A stretch of 64,000 nucleotides of DNA from Bdellovibrionales bacterium (GCA_964230645.1 CAXRHT010000002.1:32001-96000), one strand, 5' to 3'. Shown: positions 29,801 to 39,820, numbered from the stretch's first letter. Translations and numbers: made by a program. Notes: generated from the letters alone by a model not told the origin.

Positions 29801-29950
29801 ATCAATAGGTTGAACCAAACTATAGCCTGAGGCAAGGGAAATGAGGCCTCGACTTTTAGTTAAAACCGAAGGTGCGCATTCGCCAAAACGCTATGAAATC
29901 GGTATTCTAAGACTATCCATTCAATAAACCATGGAAGGGGAGAGGGGCAC

Positions 29951-30325
29951 ATGAAAGCGCAATTGTCGGTGAACGAGGACGTAGTCATAGTCAATTTAAG
30001 CGGTCGTATCGATATGGAGTACACTGATACCTTTCGAGAAGCTCTCCTCAAAGACGTGGGTCGTCGTTCTGACAAAATCATTTTTAATTTGCAGCAATTA
30101 AGTTTTGTTGGCTCCAATGGAATCATGCCTTTTGTATCAGCCCTAGGGGAGCTCGCGAAAAATGAATCCAAAGAACTCCGCTTCTGTGCTGTGAGCTCGG
30201 AATTTAAAAAAATCTTCGCGGCAAGCCCTCTTTCTATGGTGCAAATTTTCGAGGACGAAGATTCTGCCGTGGCATCTTTAAGAAATCTTGATTTTATTGA
30301 AAGTCAGACCAACTCGGGTCGCTAG
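29951..30325 (+). CDS. STAS-domain anti-sigma factor antagonist-like protein
   Basis: L.GRID, IIFNL..LSFVGS.G, I...E..A; GAGGGG SD. Confidence 0.85.
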   Translation: MKAQLSVNEDVVIVNLSGRIDMEYTDTFREALLKDVGRRSDKIIFNLQQLSFVGSNGIMPFVSALGELAKNESKELRFCAVSSEFKKIFAASPLSMVQIFEDEDSAVASLRNLDFIESQTNSGR

Positions 30326-30334
30326 ATCGTAAAG

Positions 30335-30544
30335 AACATGTCGTTCTGACCGTACGAAACATGTCGTCCTGAGTGTAAGAAACATGTCGTCCTGCGCAAA
30401 AGCAACATGTCGTCCTGAGCGTAGCGAAGGACCTTAGTCGGGGACTGGTATTGAAAACGGGAGCGCAGTGGTGATAGATTCTTCGCTGCGCTCAGAATGA
30501 CAATTGCTGCGCTCAGAATGACAATTGCTACACTCAGAATGACA
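30335..30544. repeat. REP-like cluster 1: 23-bp tandem units, arm A, 41-bp linker, inverted arm B, 21-bp tandem units
   Basis: AACATGTCGTYCTG units at 30335, 30358, 30381, 30404; arm A ends 30434; arm B 30476-30502; ATTGCTRCRCTCAGAATGACA at 30503 and 30524. Confidence 0.95.
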
Positions 30545-30557
30545 ATGTGATAGCCTT

Positions 30558-31877
30558 CTAAAGTTGTGAGTACTGGCCAGCAAAAGCGTTTTTAATTTTT
30601 TCCTTTAACTCATTATCTTGAGCCTCTTCTTTTTCTTCACCAGCTTCTTTTTTGTTGTCACTCGGTTCATTAGCCGCTCTATGGGTACGACGTTCAAGCT
30701 TGTCCTTTTGATCAAAACGGCTGAGTTCACGATTGATCTTTTCTAAGCTTTCTGCTCGAAGTTCTGATTTTTCAAGCTTGTCCTGAGCTTCAATCCAAAG
30801 TTTTTGAATAGAGGCGAGTTGTCCTGAGATTTCTTTGTTGTCTTTAGAAAGGCTCAAAAGTTTGCTTTCACAAGTGCTCAATGTATGTTTCTGCTCGGAC
30901 AACTGTTTTTGCAGTTCTTCAATTTCTTTTTGTTGCACCTTGTTTTTGTTGCGCTCCATTTGGCACGCTTCCGACCACTGCGAGTCTTTAGTCTCAAGCT
31001 GTTTTTTAAGCTGAATTTTTTCGTTTTTGAGGATTTGAAGTTGCTCTGTCAAGCTTGTGACCTTGAGGCGGTTTTTCTTTTCCTCGTGAAACTCAAGGTT
31101 TCTCTGTGCAAGCTCATCTTGTAGCTCGTCTTTATCAGACTGCAATCTTTTGTTTTTCTCAAGAGCTTCGGTAAGCTTCTGGTCGATCTCAAAGAGTTTT
31201 GACTGACTGGCTTGTTTAAAGTTTTGAAGCTGCTCTTTAAAGAAGTTTTCTTTCTCGGTAATTTCTTGCTTCAGAAATTCAAAATTTTTCTTTAAAAGGC
31301 GATTGGAAGACTCTGATTTTTTTATGGTTTTTTCATTACTATAAATCCCACCGGCCACTTCTAAAAGAAAGGTGCGAAGTTTTTCTTTGGCGCGAGTACG
31401 AACCTTTCTTGCCACTTCAAGCTTATCTTCTAACTTTTGAATTTCCTTGTGCTTGCGAGAGAGGAGAAGTTGTTGTTCCTTACTTTTTTGCTGGCTGGTG
31501 GTGTGAAGTTCTGAATAGCGCAACTCCATCAGATCCGACTCTGATTTCATCGCCTTCATTTGCTGTTCATTTTTCTTTTGTTTATCCGACCAGATTTTTT
31601 CTTTTTCTTTAATGATCTCCATTTGAGCAAGAACATTTTCTTTTTTCTGCTGAAGATCTTTTATGAGTTTTTCTTTTTTAATGATGTCCAACTCGAGTTG
31701 AGAGTTGCGACGGATGTTCACTTTGAGGCGAGAGGAGAGATCTTCGTTTTGTTGAATTAAAAGTTCAACCGTGGCTGAGTGGAGAATATCCATAGGAATT
31801 TGATCGAGAGAAGGCGGCTCAGGGATCTCTGTGGGGATCGGTACCGGAATCATCTCTTTTTCCAAATTTGTCGACAT
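30558..31877 (-). CDS. Long coiled-coil hypothetical protein
   Basis: Pro-rich N-terminus, then K/E/Q/L-rich heptad-like sequence; AAGGAGG SD. Confidence 0.8.
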   Translation of the reverse strand: MSTNLEKEMIPVPIPTEIPEPPSLDQIPMDILHSATVELLIQQNEDLSSRLKVNIRRNSQLELDIIKKEKLIKDLQQKKENVLAQMEIIKEKEKIWSDKQKKNEQQMKAMKSESDLMELRYSELHTTSQQKSKEQQLLLSRKHKEIQKLEDKLEVARKVRTRAKEKLRTFLLEVAGGIYSNEKTIKKSESSNRLLKKNFEFLKQEITEKENFFKEQLQNFKQASQSKLFEIDQKLTEALEKNKRLQSDKDELQDELAQRNLEFHEEKKNRLKVTSLTEQLQILKNEKIQLKKQLETKDSQWSEACQMERNKNKVQQKEIEELQKQLSEQKHTLSTCESKLLSLSKDNKEISGQLASIQKLWIEAQDKLEKSELRAESLEKINRELSRFDQKDKLERRTHRAANEPSDNKKEAGEEKEEAQDNELKEKIKNAFAGQYSQL

Positions 31878-31987
31878 CCTTCCTCCTTGAAGAGCCTCCA
31901 GACATTCCTTTGTCTGGTAGGCTTATTATCACAACCAGCACGATTTTTGTCCAGAGGGGGAGATCTAGAGTCTAATGAAAACTGGAC

Positions 31988-32015
31988 TAAAGGTTGTGGC
32001 GCTTTGGTCCGATAA
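31988..32015 (+). promoter_or_regulatory. Putative sigma28 (FliA)-type promoter
   Basis: TAAAG-N15-TCCGATAA, 6 nt before ATG 32022. Confidence 0.65.
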
Positions 32016-32021
32016 AAGACT

Positions 32022-32690
32022 ATGTCTAATGCAGCCAAAGCCTCATTCAGTTTAAAGGAGATCGGACCAGGAACGGATATAGAGTCCTACGCCGAACAAA
32101 CCAAAGGGCAGAAAACCCATACGGAGAAAAAACTCAACGATCACCTACAGGGGCTTTTAAAAGATGGCATCGACAGCAACACAGAGCCCACAGGGCAAGA
32201 TTTAGGCCTCACCTATGGACACTCGATCTTAGCGGCAGTGGTCTATGAAAAATACGAAATGGCGATTAAAGAGCTTGATACCATCTTAGGTTTAAAAAAA
32301 GACTATCCTGATTTTGGTGATAGAGCCCAAAAGTACGTCACTCATGCCAAAAGCTTAGTGCGTGCGATTAAGGCCAAAAGAGCAATTGGAAAATTGCCCC
32401 ATGTTTCTCGCTCAAAGCAAAAAGAGCTTGTGGGCGCTCTGACTCTGCATTTCTCAGAGCTGAGAAGCTGTATTCTGAATATCGAAAAAGTAGAGCGCTA
32501 TGTTCGTAAAGAAGATATTAGCTCCACCCGATGGTTTATGATGGCGATGTTCTGGTCTGGTTTTGCTGTTTTTACAGCGGCTTTATTTATAGCCTGCTTT
32601 CCCGATGTTTTTGTGGCTCTGCACAGCGTGCTGACGTCCTACTTACATCAACTCTTCTCCGGTATTGCCCACTACCTCTGGCCTATCTAA
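32022..32690 (+). CDS. Hypothetical protein with C-terminal TM helix
   Basis: Helical soluble region, then WFMMAMFWSGFAVFTAALFIACF. Confidence 0.8.
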   Translation: MSNAAKASFSLKEIGPGTDIESYAEQTKGQKTHTEKKLNDHLQGLLKDGIDSNTEPTGQDLGLTYGHSILAAVVYEKYEMAIKELDTILGLKKDYPDFGDRAQKYVTHAKSLVRAIKAKRAIGKLPHVSRSKQKELVGALTLHFSELRSCILNIEKVERYVRKEDISSTRWFMMAMFWSGFAVFTAALFIACFPDVFVALHSVLTSYLHQLFSGIAHYLWPI

Positions 32691-32759
32691 GGATTGCGCA
32701 GCTCTCTTATAAAAATAACGCAGTATTGCTACCAACGGGAAGCAGGTACTTTTTGGGGG

Positions 32760-33929
32760 CTAGTTGAGGTGTTGGTAGATTTTTTCTAGGATCGGGATCG
32801 TTATTCCGCCTGGAATTTTTCGACCATTTACAAAAAGCGATGGAGTTCCTTTGACACCCGCGTCTTGGCCTTGCTTAGCCTGTTGACGAATGATTTTTTT
32901 GGTTTCTTCACTCTCTAGACAGGTCTGTAGTTTTTCATTATCAAGCCCTAGTTTTTCTACATTTTCCTCAAGTTCTTCTTTAACTTTTGATTTACTCATA
33001 AGATTGCTTTGGTTTTCAAAAATCCAACTTTGCGTCTTCCAAGCCAGGCCCTGTTCGGTGGCGCAGTAGGATACGCGCGCTAATAAACAGCGTGTTCCTT
33101 CAGAGTATCCGATCGCACTGTTGCATTCTCCATCAAGAGGGAAGGCTTGAAAGTTAAATTCCACATCGGGGTGAGAGATTACAAAATTATGGATGACAGG
33201 GTAGGCCGTAGCACAATGGGGGCAGAGAAAGTCTGCGTATTCTACCATATGCATTTTTGCATTGGGATTGGCTTTTTTGTTGGGAGTGCCAATTGGTTCG
33301 ATACTGGCTTGGGGAGTTTGCTTCCATTGATTGAACTGAAGCTCGGTCATCTCGAGCCGTTCTGTTCCTCCGTAGCTCCGAACCTTGTTGCTATGAATAA
33401 TGAAAGCAAGGATGGCCACAAAACCCACCATGACAGGGTAGACTTTAAAATCCAGGGGAGTGTGCCAAGGGCGCCCCTTAGTCATCATAAAGGCAGTGAT
33501 AAAAGTTATCAGAGATAGGACATACGCAACGGTACAGGCTGGGCATACCGTTTTTAAAACCACATAGGACAAGAATCCCATAACAAGGCTTGTGACTAAG
33601 ATTCCTAAGCTTATCAGACGAATGGGTCCGGCTAGTTTTTCTTGGGTTGAGCGGGCTACAACTGGGAATTTAAAAGCAAGAAGAAGGCCTAAAAGAAAAA
33701 AGTTAATAAGGCCACCGAAAATGGCGACCGGGATACCAAAAACCTCGGAGTATTGGCTGGCTGTTGTTCGGTTACAATTGACTGTTGAATTGATGTTACA
33801 GATATTTTCCTGCACATTTTCGCCAAATTTAAAACTGTAGTGGTGGTTGGTGAGATAGATATGGGTTCCTACGGCCGCCATCGTACTTAGTAGGCAAATC
33901 CAAAACAGCGCGGACTTTTGTTTTCCCAT
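32760..33929 (-). CDS. Vitamin K epoxide reductase (VKOR)-DsbA/thioredoxin fusion
   Basis: CNINSTVNC...SQYSEVFGIP, CPAC in TM, DFLCPHC, FPLD.ECN, GTPSLFVNG. Confidence 0.93.
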   Translation of the reverse strand: MGKQKSALFWICLLSTMAAVGTHIYLTNHHYSFKFGENVQENICNINSTVNCNRTTASQYSEVFGIPVAIFGGLINFFLLGLLLAFKFPVVARSTQEKLAGPIRLISLGILVTSLVMGFLSYVVLKTVCPACTVAYVLSLITFITAFMMTKGRPWHTPLDFKVYPVMVGFVAILAFIIHSNKVRSYGGTERLEMTELQFNQWKQTPQASIEPIGTPNKKANPNAKMHMVEYADFLCPHCATAYPVIHNFVISHPDVEFNFQAFPLDGECNSAIGYSEGTRCLLARVSYCATEQGLAWKTQSWIFENQSNLMSKSKVKEELEENVEKLGLDNEKLQTCLESEETKKIIRQQAKQGQDAGVKGTPSLFVNGRKIPGGITIPILEKIYQHLN

Positions 33930-34073
33930 GAGGTGAGTCTCCTTGTAGAATCTTGACTTTAGTAGAAGTCTGAACAGTTTAACAGGCTTACCCTTATAGA
34001 CAAACGAAAAAAACTTGTGTTTCTAGGGGTGGGCCTTCATCATTATTATGTGGGGGCGCGTCGAAAATCTGCA

Positions 34074-35693
34074 ATGACTAACACCTGGCTGAGTGAGCGC
34101 AAAGAAATTTTGCACAAAATCAAGGATCAGGTACGACTCTATCTCGGCCACGAGTCCGATGAACTCAAAACCTATGCCCAATCCTACAAAAAAGATCTTG
34201 AACGAAAATGGAAAGAAAGTGATTGGAAAGAGGTGGATGTCTGCTTGCAACAGGTGCAGGTGGTCCTTGGAGGAGATTTTCATCCGTTTTCTCAAGCCCA
34301 AAGAACCCACTTAAGACTTCTAAGGAAACTAGTTTCTGAGCGTCCTCTGGTTCTCGCTCTTGAGTGTTTAGCCACAGAGGATCAGGTTTATGTGAATAAC
34401 TACCTGCACGGGCACACCGAGGAGAAAGTCTTTTTAAAGCAAGTGCAGTGGGAGGAGAAGTGGGGCTTTCCGTGGGCTCACTATAAACCTCTTTTTGATT
34501 TTGCAAAGCTGCACAAGATTCCGGTGCAGGCTTTAAATTCTTCGCGCGGGTTTACCCACAAACAACTGCGTAAAAGAGATAAATTCTCCGCTCAAAAAAT
34601 CTATGAAGTTTGTCAGCAAAGTCCCGAAGCCCTTGTCTACGTGATCTATGGAGATCTTCATATTGCTGGAGAGCATTTGCCAAAAGATCTTAAAAGCCTT
34701 TCTCACACTGGTCGTCCCTTAGAGGTGGCCCGGTTCTATTTGAACTCAGAGAAAATTTATTTTCAACTCGCCGAGAAAAAGCGAGAAAACAAGGTTGAGG
34801 TGGTTAAATTCAATGACCGAGAGTTTTGCTTATTGACCTCGCCACCTTGGGTAAAATGGCACAGCTATCTTATGTACTTAGAAGAAAACTTTGATGTGGA
34901 TCTTGAGTTGGAAGAAGGCGAAGAGGAGTTTGGCTTTAGTCAGATGGACCACACCGATCATGTGTCTGATTTGGTGAAGATGATTGCCGCGGCCCTTTCG
35001 ATAAAAGTCAAAAACGATGCTATTGAGGTTTACTCCCTCAACGACCCCCAAGCTTTGGTGGCCACTCGTAAATCGCTGGGTAAAGAAGAATTTAAATTGG
35101 CTCACACCCTGATTCAAGATGACCAGAGCTTTTATCTCCCTCAGGCCGGTTTTTTCTATCTGTCTAAATCCACAGTGAATCATGCGGCCACTCTTGCTGG
35201 TCAGTATGTGCATTCAAGGCTTTGTGGCTCTCAGCGCTTGTTATGGGATTTTCCGGACCGCTTTCGTTCTGTGGTGTGGGTGGAAGCCATGGGGTTTTTA
35301 CTTAGTAAATTTGTGAACCCCAAAAGAAAAGCTCAGTCTCTCCCAGATTTGAAGAAGCAACTTCAGGCCTTTGAAAAGGACGATCTCTCAAGAGAGCCTG
35401 TGTTATTAGCCCTTGATCAGAAGATGATCGAGCTTCTTTCCGTTTATGCGCAAAGCTCAGATGCTAAGGCTTTCGTGCCAAGGCAAAAGTCTAGTTATCT
35501 GCATGCGGCCCGTTTTATGGGAGAGATTATGGGAGATCGCTATTTTGTCCTTTATCAGAGCGAAATTCTTGATATAGATAATATTAAGGCCTTGTTAAAA
35601 AAAGACCTTGAAAGCCCTGATTTTGATAAGTTTTATATCTCGGAATTAAAGAGGCTCGACCAGTTAGAAATGGGGGAATGGAAGAGATCATGA
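34074..35693 (+). CDS. ChaN (EreA-like, heme-binding uptake) family protein with long C-terminal extension
   Basis: GDFH, LALE, WGFPW.HY.PLF..A, RD, YGD.H; start estimated. Confidence 0.75.
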   Translation: MTNTWLSERKEILHKIKDQVRLYLGHESDELKTYAQSYKKDLERKWKESDWKEVDVCLQQVQVVLGGDFHPFSQAQRTHLRLLRKLVSERPLVLALECLATEDQVYVNNYLHGHTEEKVFLKQVQWEEKWGFPWAHYKPLFDFAKLHKIPVQALNSSRGFTHKQLRKRDKFSAQKIYEVCQQSPEALVYVIYGDLHIAGEHLPKDLKSLSHTGRPLEVARFYLNSEKIYFQLAEKKRENKVEVVKFNDREFCLLTSPPWVKWHSYLMYLEENFDVDLELEEGEEEFGFSQMDHTDHVSDLVKMIAAALSIKVKNDAIEVYSLNDPQALVATRKSLGKEEFKLAHTLIQDDQSFYLPQAGFFYLSKSTVNHAATLAGQYVHSRLCGSQRLLWDFPDRFRSVVWVEAMGFLLSKFVNPKRKAQSLPDLKKQLQAFEKDDLSREPVLLALDQKMIELLSVYAQSSDAKAFVPRQKSSYLHAARFMGEIMGDRYFVLYQSEILDIDNIKALLKKDLESPDFDKFYISELKRLDQLEMGEWKRS

Positions 35694-37678
35694 GTCAATG
35701 GTATTTGAGTAAAAACGGACAAGCTCTCGGGCCCCTGGATCAGAAAAAATTAGAAAAGCTCATTGCAGATGGGGAAGTCAAAGCCATTGACCTAGTTTAC
35801 AAAGCCGGAGCTGCGGAGTGGTTGCCGGTCTCAGAGATTGCAGAGCTCGCATCCCATCTTGCCAGTAAAAAAGAAAACGCTCCTACCAAATCTTCAAGCA
35901 GTGGTTCAAAGGATTGGGTCCTTCTTAAAAAAATTGTCACGGACAAGGGCAAAGAGTACAAACAGTTGGGCCCATTTGATGCTCCTCAGGTGATCGAACT
36001 TATCGACACAGGCGAGATCCGGTTCACTGACTTTGCTTGGAAAGAGGGCTTTGAATCCTGGGTGAGAATTGCCGAAATTGATAGTTTCTCAGAGCCGCTA
36101 CCATCAAGCCCTGCCATTGACATGAGTCTCTACGAAAAAACGGTGGTCACAAACAGTGGTGCTGACACTCCAGAGGAAACCCAGGTCGATGCCGATCAGA
36201 AAAAATCTCTGACTCATCTGGTGAGTATTGAAACCTTTGAGCACGAAAAGACCCAGGTGCGTCCGCAGCAACCGAAAAAGCTGGACGAGGAGAAAGAAGA
36301 AGAAATATTCCCTGATGAGGAATCCGAGCATTTTAATCCTTTTGAACAAACGGAAATCAATGGCCCCATTAATAACGACGAATTTGTGACAGAGTCCGGA
36401 GCTACGAGCGAGTCTTCTGACTCTGATGTCAGTCTGTGGTCTCTTGAACCCCCATCACAAAGTGGAAAAAACAAAAAAGCAAAATCATTAAGTGATGAAG
36501 AAGACGACGGAGAGCGCACCCGAGTGACAGCACCCATCACCGAAGCCAGTCGCTTTAAAGAAAAGCCTAAAGCCTCCAAAAAACGACCAAAAGAAAAGAA
36601 GAAGCCGAAGAAAAAACAAAAATCGAAAAATAAAAACCAATCTCCTTTGATTGATCGTTTAGCTACAATGGATTCAGAAACTTGGCAGTTTGCTGCAGCC
36701 ATTGGAGCGGTAATTTTGTCATTTTTCTTTTTTTACTTAAGCCTGCAAACTGACAAGCCCGAGGTGATTTACGATAAAAATGCCCAACTTCTTGATCCAC
36801 ATGTGAGGCCTCAGCGCGAGGCCGCCAGCATTCAGAAAAAGATTCAAGAGATTCAGCGCAATAACAAGGCTGAGAAAAAAGCCGAACCAATAAAGCCATC
36901 TGAAATAGAAGCCCAAATGGCGGCCGCCAGCAAAGCTATTGAAAAGGCCAAGCAGCCCATTCTCGATGATCCTGATGATTTGACTGAAGATGACATTGTC
37001 ATATCTGACCCCAAACTTCGAGAAAAACTTGCTAAAACAACCCCAGAAAAGAAATCTCCACCTGTGCCAGGAGAAAAACGTCTTCCACCGATAAAAAAGA
37101 AAACGGTGGTGACTCAGCAGACTCGAGTCATTGCCTCAGAAAAAAAATCGATCAAGAGAAAAGAATTAAAGCTTCGTTCTCAAAAAATGAGAAATTCTAA
37201 AAAAAGAGACGCAGAAATTGCCAAAGTGACCGCCACTCCAAAACCTGTGAAGAGGAAGACTTCTTCAACTCAAAGAGTGAGTCGTCCCACAGGGGGAGCC
37301 AAGGCCCAATCCTTTTATCGCCACCGCGATCGCAAGGCTCTTTTTTACTCGTCTTTAAAGGCCGAAGCTTTAGCCGTGGAAATAGAGAGTCGGTACAAAG
37401 AGCTCAAAAATAATAAGTCAAAATGGCGGCAGTATTATTCTCAGTGGCGCAAACGGGTAAGAGGCTCCATGGCTAGAGATATCCGTAGTTTTCCCAGTGG
37501 CAAAGAGGTCTATGCTTATCCAGACTTCATTAAAGCCTTTAAGGATGACTATGAGGAGTTCTATAAATACGGAGAAGTCTTCAATGCTAAAGTCACTGGA
37601 GGGCGCCTTCCTTCGGGATCGACAAAGAATATGAAACAAGTTTTTGGTCGGCACAAAATGAAAGCTCTTCGATTGTAA
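35690..37678 (+). CDS. Tandem GYF_2 (DUF4339) domain membrane protein
   Basis: WY..KNGQ..GP....L...I..G....DLV.K.G..EW and a second GPF...G.I...DFAWKEG...W; acidic linker, single TM, basic C-terminus; ATGA overlap with the ChaN gene. Confidence 0.85.
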   Translation: MSQWYLSKNGQALGPLDQKKLEKLIADGEVKAIDLVYKAGAAEWLPVSEIAELASHLASKKENAPTKSSSSGSKDWVLLKKIVTDKGKEYKQLGPFDAPQVIELIDTGEIRFTDFAWKEGFESWVRIAEIDSFSEPLPSSPAIDMSLYEKTVVTNSGADTPEETQVDADQKKSLTHLVSIETFEHEKTQVRPQQPKKLDEEKEEEIFPDEESEHFNPFEQTEINGPINNDEFVTESGATSESSDSDVSLWSLEPPSQSGKNKKAKSLSDEEDDGERTRVTAPITEASRFKEKPKASKKRPKEKKKPKKKQKSKNKNQSPLIDRLATMDSETWQFAAAIGAVILSFFFFYLSLQTDKPEVIYDKNAQLLDPHVRPQREAASIQKKIQEIQRNNKAEKKAEPIKPSEIEAQMAAASKAIEKAKQPILDDPDDLTEDDIVISDPKLREKLAKTTPEKKSPPVPGEKRLPPIKKKTVVTQQTRVIASEKKSIKRKELKLRSQKMRNSKKRDAEIAKVTATPKPVKRKTSSTQRVSRPTGGAKAQSFYRHRDRKALFYSSLKAEALAVEIESRYKELKNNKSKWRQYYSQWRKRVRGSMARDIRSFPSGKEVYAYPDFIKAFKDDYEEFYKYGEVFNAKVTGGRLPSGSTKNMKQVFGRHKMKALRL

Positions 37679-37837
37679 AATTTGGCAATCAAGGCAAAGG
37701 TCTAGTGAAATGACATCTTGTTGTATTTTTATAATTTATTATGTTTCATTACGAGACTTTCGTTGTGGAAATCTGTAATTTATAATCAATTTCTTCCCAA
37801 GATTGTGGGTTAAGTCCCGAATCTCACTTAAAAAATT

Positions 37838-37864
37838 TAAGGTTCCAAAGCCAATTGCCGAATA
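37838..37864 (+). promoter_or_regulatory. Putative sigma28 (FliA)-type promoter
   Basis: TAAG-N15-GCCGAATA, 6 nt before ATG 37871. Confidence 0.65.
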
Positions 37865-37870
37865 AAAGGC

Positions 37871-38560
37871 ATGAATCGGGGAGCCATTACATTCACCTCA
37901 TTAGTTTTGACCTTTGCCTGTCTTTTGTTTTTAGCAGAAGTGAGAGGAACGATTAACGGAGCCAAGGAACACAAGGAGTTGGCGAAGTTTTGGAAGTCAA
38001 AGGTTGCAAGAGAGCAGTTAAAAAAGCTGATCGCTCTTGGCAAGGTTGCTGATTTCAAGCAAGATGTCGCACTTCTTTTACCGGAAAAAATAAAAGGTGA
38101 AAGTATTCAAGCCAGAAAGCAAAAGCTTCGCGATCTTGCCAGTGTCATTCCCCATGAAAATCAAATGGAGATCAATCTTTCTCTTTCTGCCAGCAAAATG
38201 TTGGCTCAAGGAAAAGAGCATATCAAAAAACGTCGCTACGATGAGGGAATCAAGGTTCTTGAAAAAATGATCAGTGAGTTTCCCGACTCTCATCACGTGG
38301 TCGAAGCCCATTACTTAATTATTGAAGGTTTCTTTAACCAAGAAAAAAATATCCCCGTTATTACGTGGGTGGAACGAATGGTGGAGCTTTTCCCAGAGAA
38401 TCGTTTAACTGGTTATGCTCTATTGAAGGTGGGTGGACTTTACGAAATCGATGGACGTAAAGAAGATGCCATAAAGATTTATAAAACCATAGTGGCTGTA
38501 TATAGCGATAAAAATCTGATTGATAAAGCTCAGGTGGCCGTTGGGCAGCTAAAGCTATGA
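37871..38560 (+). CDS. Membrane-anchored TPR protein (YbgF/BamD-like repeats)
   Basis: N-terminal TM; FPDS....EA.Y and FPEN.....ALL..G..Y TPR motifs. Confidence 0.8.
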   Translation: MNRGAITFTSLVLTFACLLFLAEVRGTINGAKEHKELAKFWKSKVAREQLKKLIALGKVADFKQDVALLLPEKIKGESIQARKQKLRDLASVIPHENQMEINLSLSASKMLAQGKEHIKKRRYDEGIKVLEKMISEFPDSHHVVEAHYLIIEGFFNQEKNIPVITWVERMVELFPENRLTGYALLKVGGLYEIDGRKEDAIKIYKTIVAVYSDKNLIDKAQVAVGQLKL

Positions 38561-39315
38561 GACAGTGGTTTACACACTTTTTACTTTTTAGTCTTTTTTC
38601 CCTCGTGCAAGTGCGCTTTGTCGATGCCGCCGATTATACAATCCCTGCTGAGGAGCCAAAAGACTGTCTATCGATGCAGTCGGTACCTTGTCATGTAACA
38701 ACGGGTGATGAGCCTCGGATGTTTGAGTGGGAAAAATCGCGTTTTGAACTCGATCGTAATATTGTTCTCAATCTCAACCAGAAAAAAGTTTGGAATTTTT
38801 ATAAAGGGCTTTTTGTTTTGGATTCAAAAGGAGAGCACACCATTCACACTCCTTTTGGTGATATTTATGTCGGACAATCTAAAATCATGGTTCATGTTTT
38901 GAAAGAAAAGATGCGAGTTCTTTGCTTGGATGGTCAAGGGGTTAAAGTAAAACCTAAGGGGCATCTTGAGGAGAGCTTTCTCGTCCCTGGTTTTCAGAAC
39001 TGGTATGGGGGAGTTGTAAACGGTGAGGCCGACTCTGGCGTTGCCACTGTCATCGATCTCAATGAGTTCTCAAAGATGAGAGCGCCTTTTTTCCTTAATT
39101 ACCAGTTAGGCTTTCCTAAAGAGTTAGCCACTCTAGCCTCCAGAATTAAGTGGGCCGCCGGGCAAGCAAGCCTCATTCACCGCGAACTCTACGAGAGAAA
39201 GGTCGCCTCTCTTGACCAAGCTCACGATAAAAAAGTCGAGAAGAAACGCCGTAAAATCCAATACAACAAATACCTCCGCCAGCTTTTCCTGAAAAAAGTT
39301 AACTACGACGATTAA
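38557..39315 (+). CDS. Exported hypothetical protein (possible FecR-like beta domain)
   Basis: Signal peptide; IHTPFGDI resembles the FecR TP motif; ATGA overlap. Confidence 0.65.
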   Translation: MRQWFTHFLLFSLFSLVQVRFVDAADYTIPAEEPKDCLSMQSVPCHVTTGDEPRMFEWEKSRFELDRNIVLNLNQKKVWNFYKGLFVLDSKGEHTIHTPFGDIYVGQSKIMVHVLKEKMRVLCLDGQGVKVKPKGHLEESFLVPGFQNWYGGVVNGEADSGVATVIDLNEFSKMRAPFFLNYQLGFPKELATLASRIKWAAGQASLIHRELYERKVASLDQAHDKKVEKKRRKIQYNKYLRQLFLKKVNYDD

Positions 39316-39320
39316 AGAAA

Positions 39321-39633
39321 CCATTGTCATTCTGAGCGTCTCCCATTGTCATTCTGAGCGTAGCGAAGAATCTACCACCACTAAGTTTGGGGTATAAATG
39401 ATAGTCTCCGGGAATAGGTCCTTCGCTGCACTCAGAACGACAATGAGAGGTATGACCATTCTTTCCTGTCATCCTGAGCGCAGCGAAGGAACTGTTGCCG
39501 AGAACTGCGATTGATGATGCAGACTCAGTGGAGGTAGATTCTTCGCTACGCTCAGAATGACAAAGACGCTTAGAATGACAAAGACGCTTAGAGTGACAAA
39601 GACGCTTAGAATGACAGGTAGGCTTAGGTGACT
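39321..39633. repeat. REP-like cluster 2: two A-linker-B dimers back-to-back with 22-bp and 18-bp edge tandems
   Basis: Arms at 39347-39373, 39416-39442, 39467-39493, 39536-39562; linkers 42 bp; AAGACGCTTAGARTGACA x3 from 39563 plus one degenerate copy. Confidence 0.95.
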
Positions 39634-39757
39634 GATCGCTCGTTTACAACCGCACTACCTTTGCCTAGGTCACTTGAGATTTCCTATCGAAAGGATTGAG
39701 TTTAGTTCGCCCAAAGGCCTGTGGGAGAAGGGAAACAGTCAAGAGTTCTCATTTTGA

Positions 39758-39766
39758 TGCTATAAT
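39758..39766 (+). promoter_or_regulatory. Extended -10 promoter element
   Basis: TGCTATAAT about 55 nt upstream of ATG 39821. Confidence 0.5.
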
Positions 39767-39820
39767 ATGTTAAGAGTTTGAGTGAAAACTCTTGAGATCG
39801 GTCACTTCATGGAGGAAGAG

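Noticed and set aside
30335..30544. Repeat clusters (also 39321, 42848, 58196) as CRISPR arrays
   Set aside because: Units are directly tandem or inverted with no series of unique spacers, periods are 18-27 bp, and there are no cas genes
39321..39633. Repeat dimers as integron attC sites or IS/MITE ends
   Set aside because: No RYYYAAC/GTTRRRY cores, no integrase or transposase, and no clear target-site duplication
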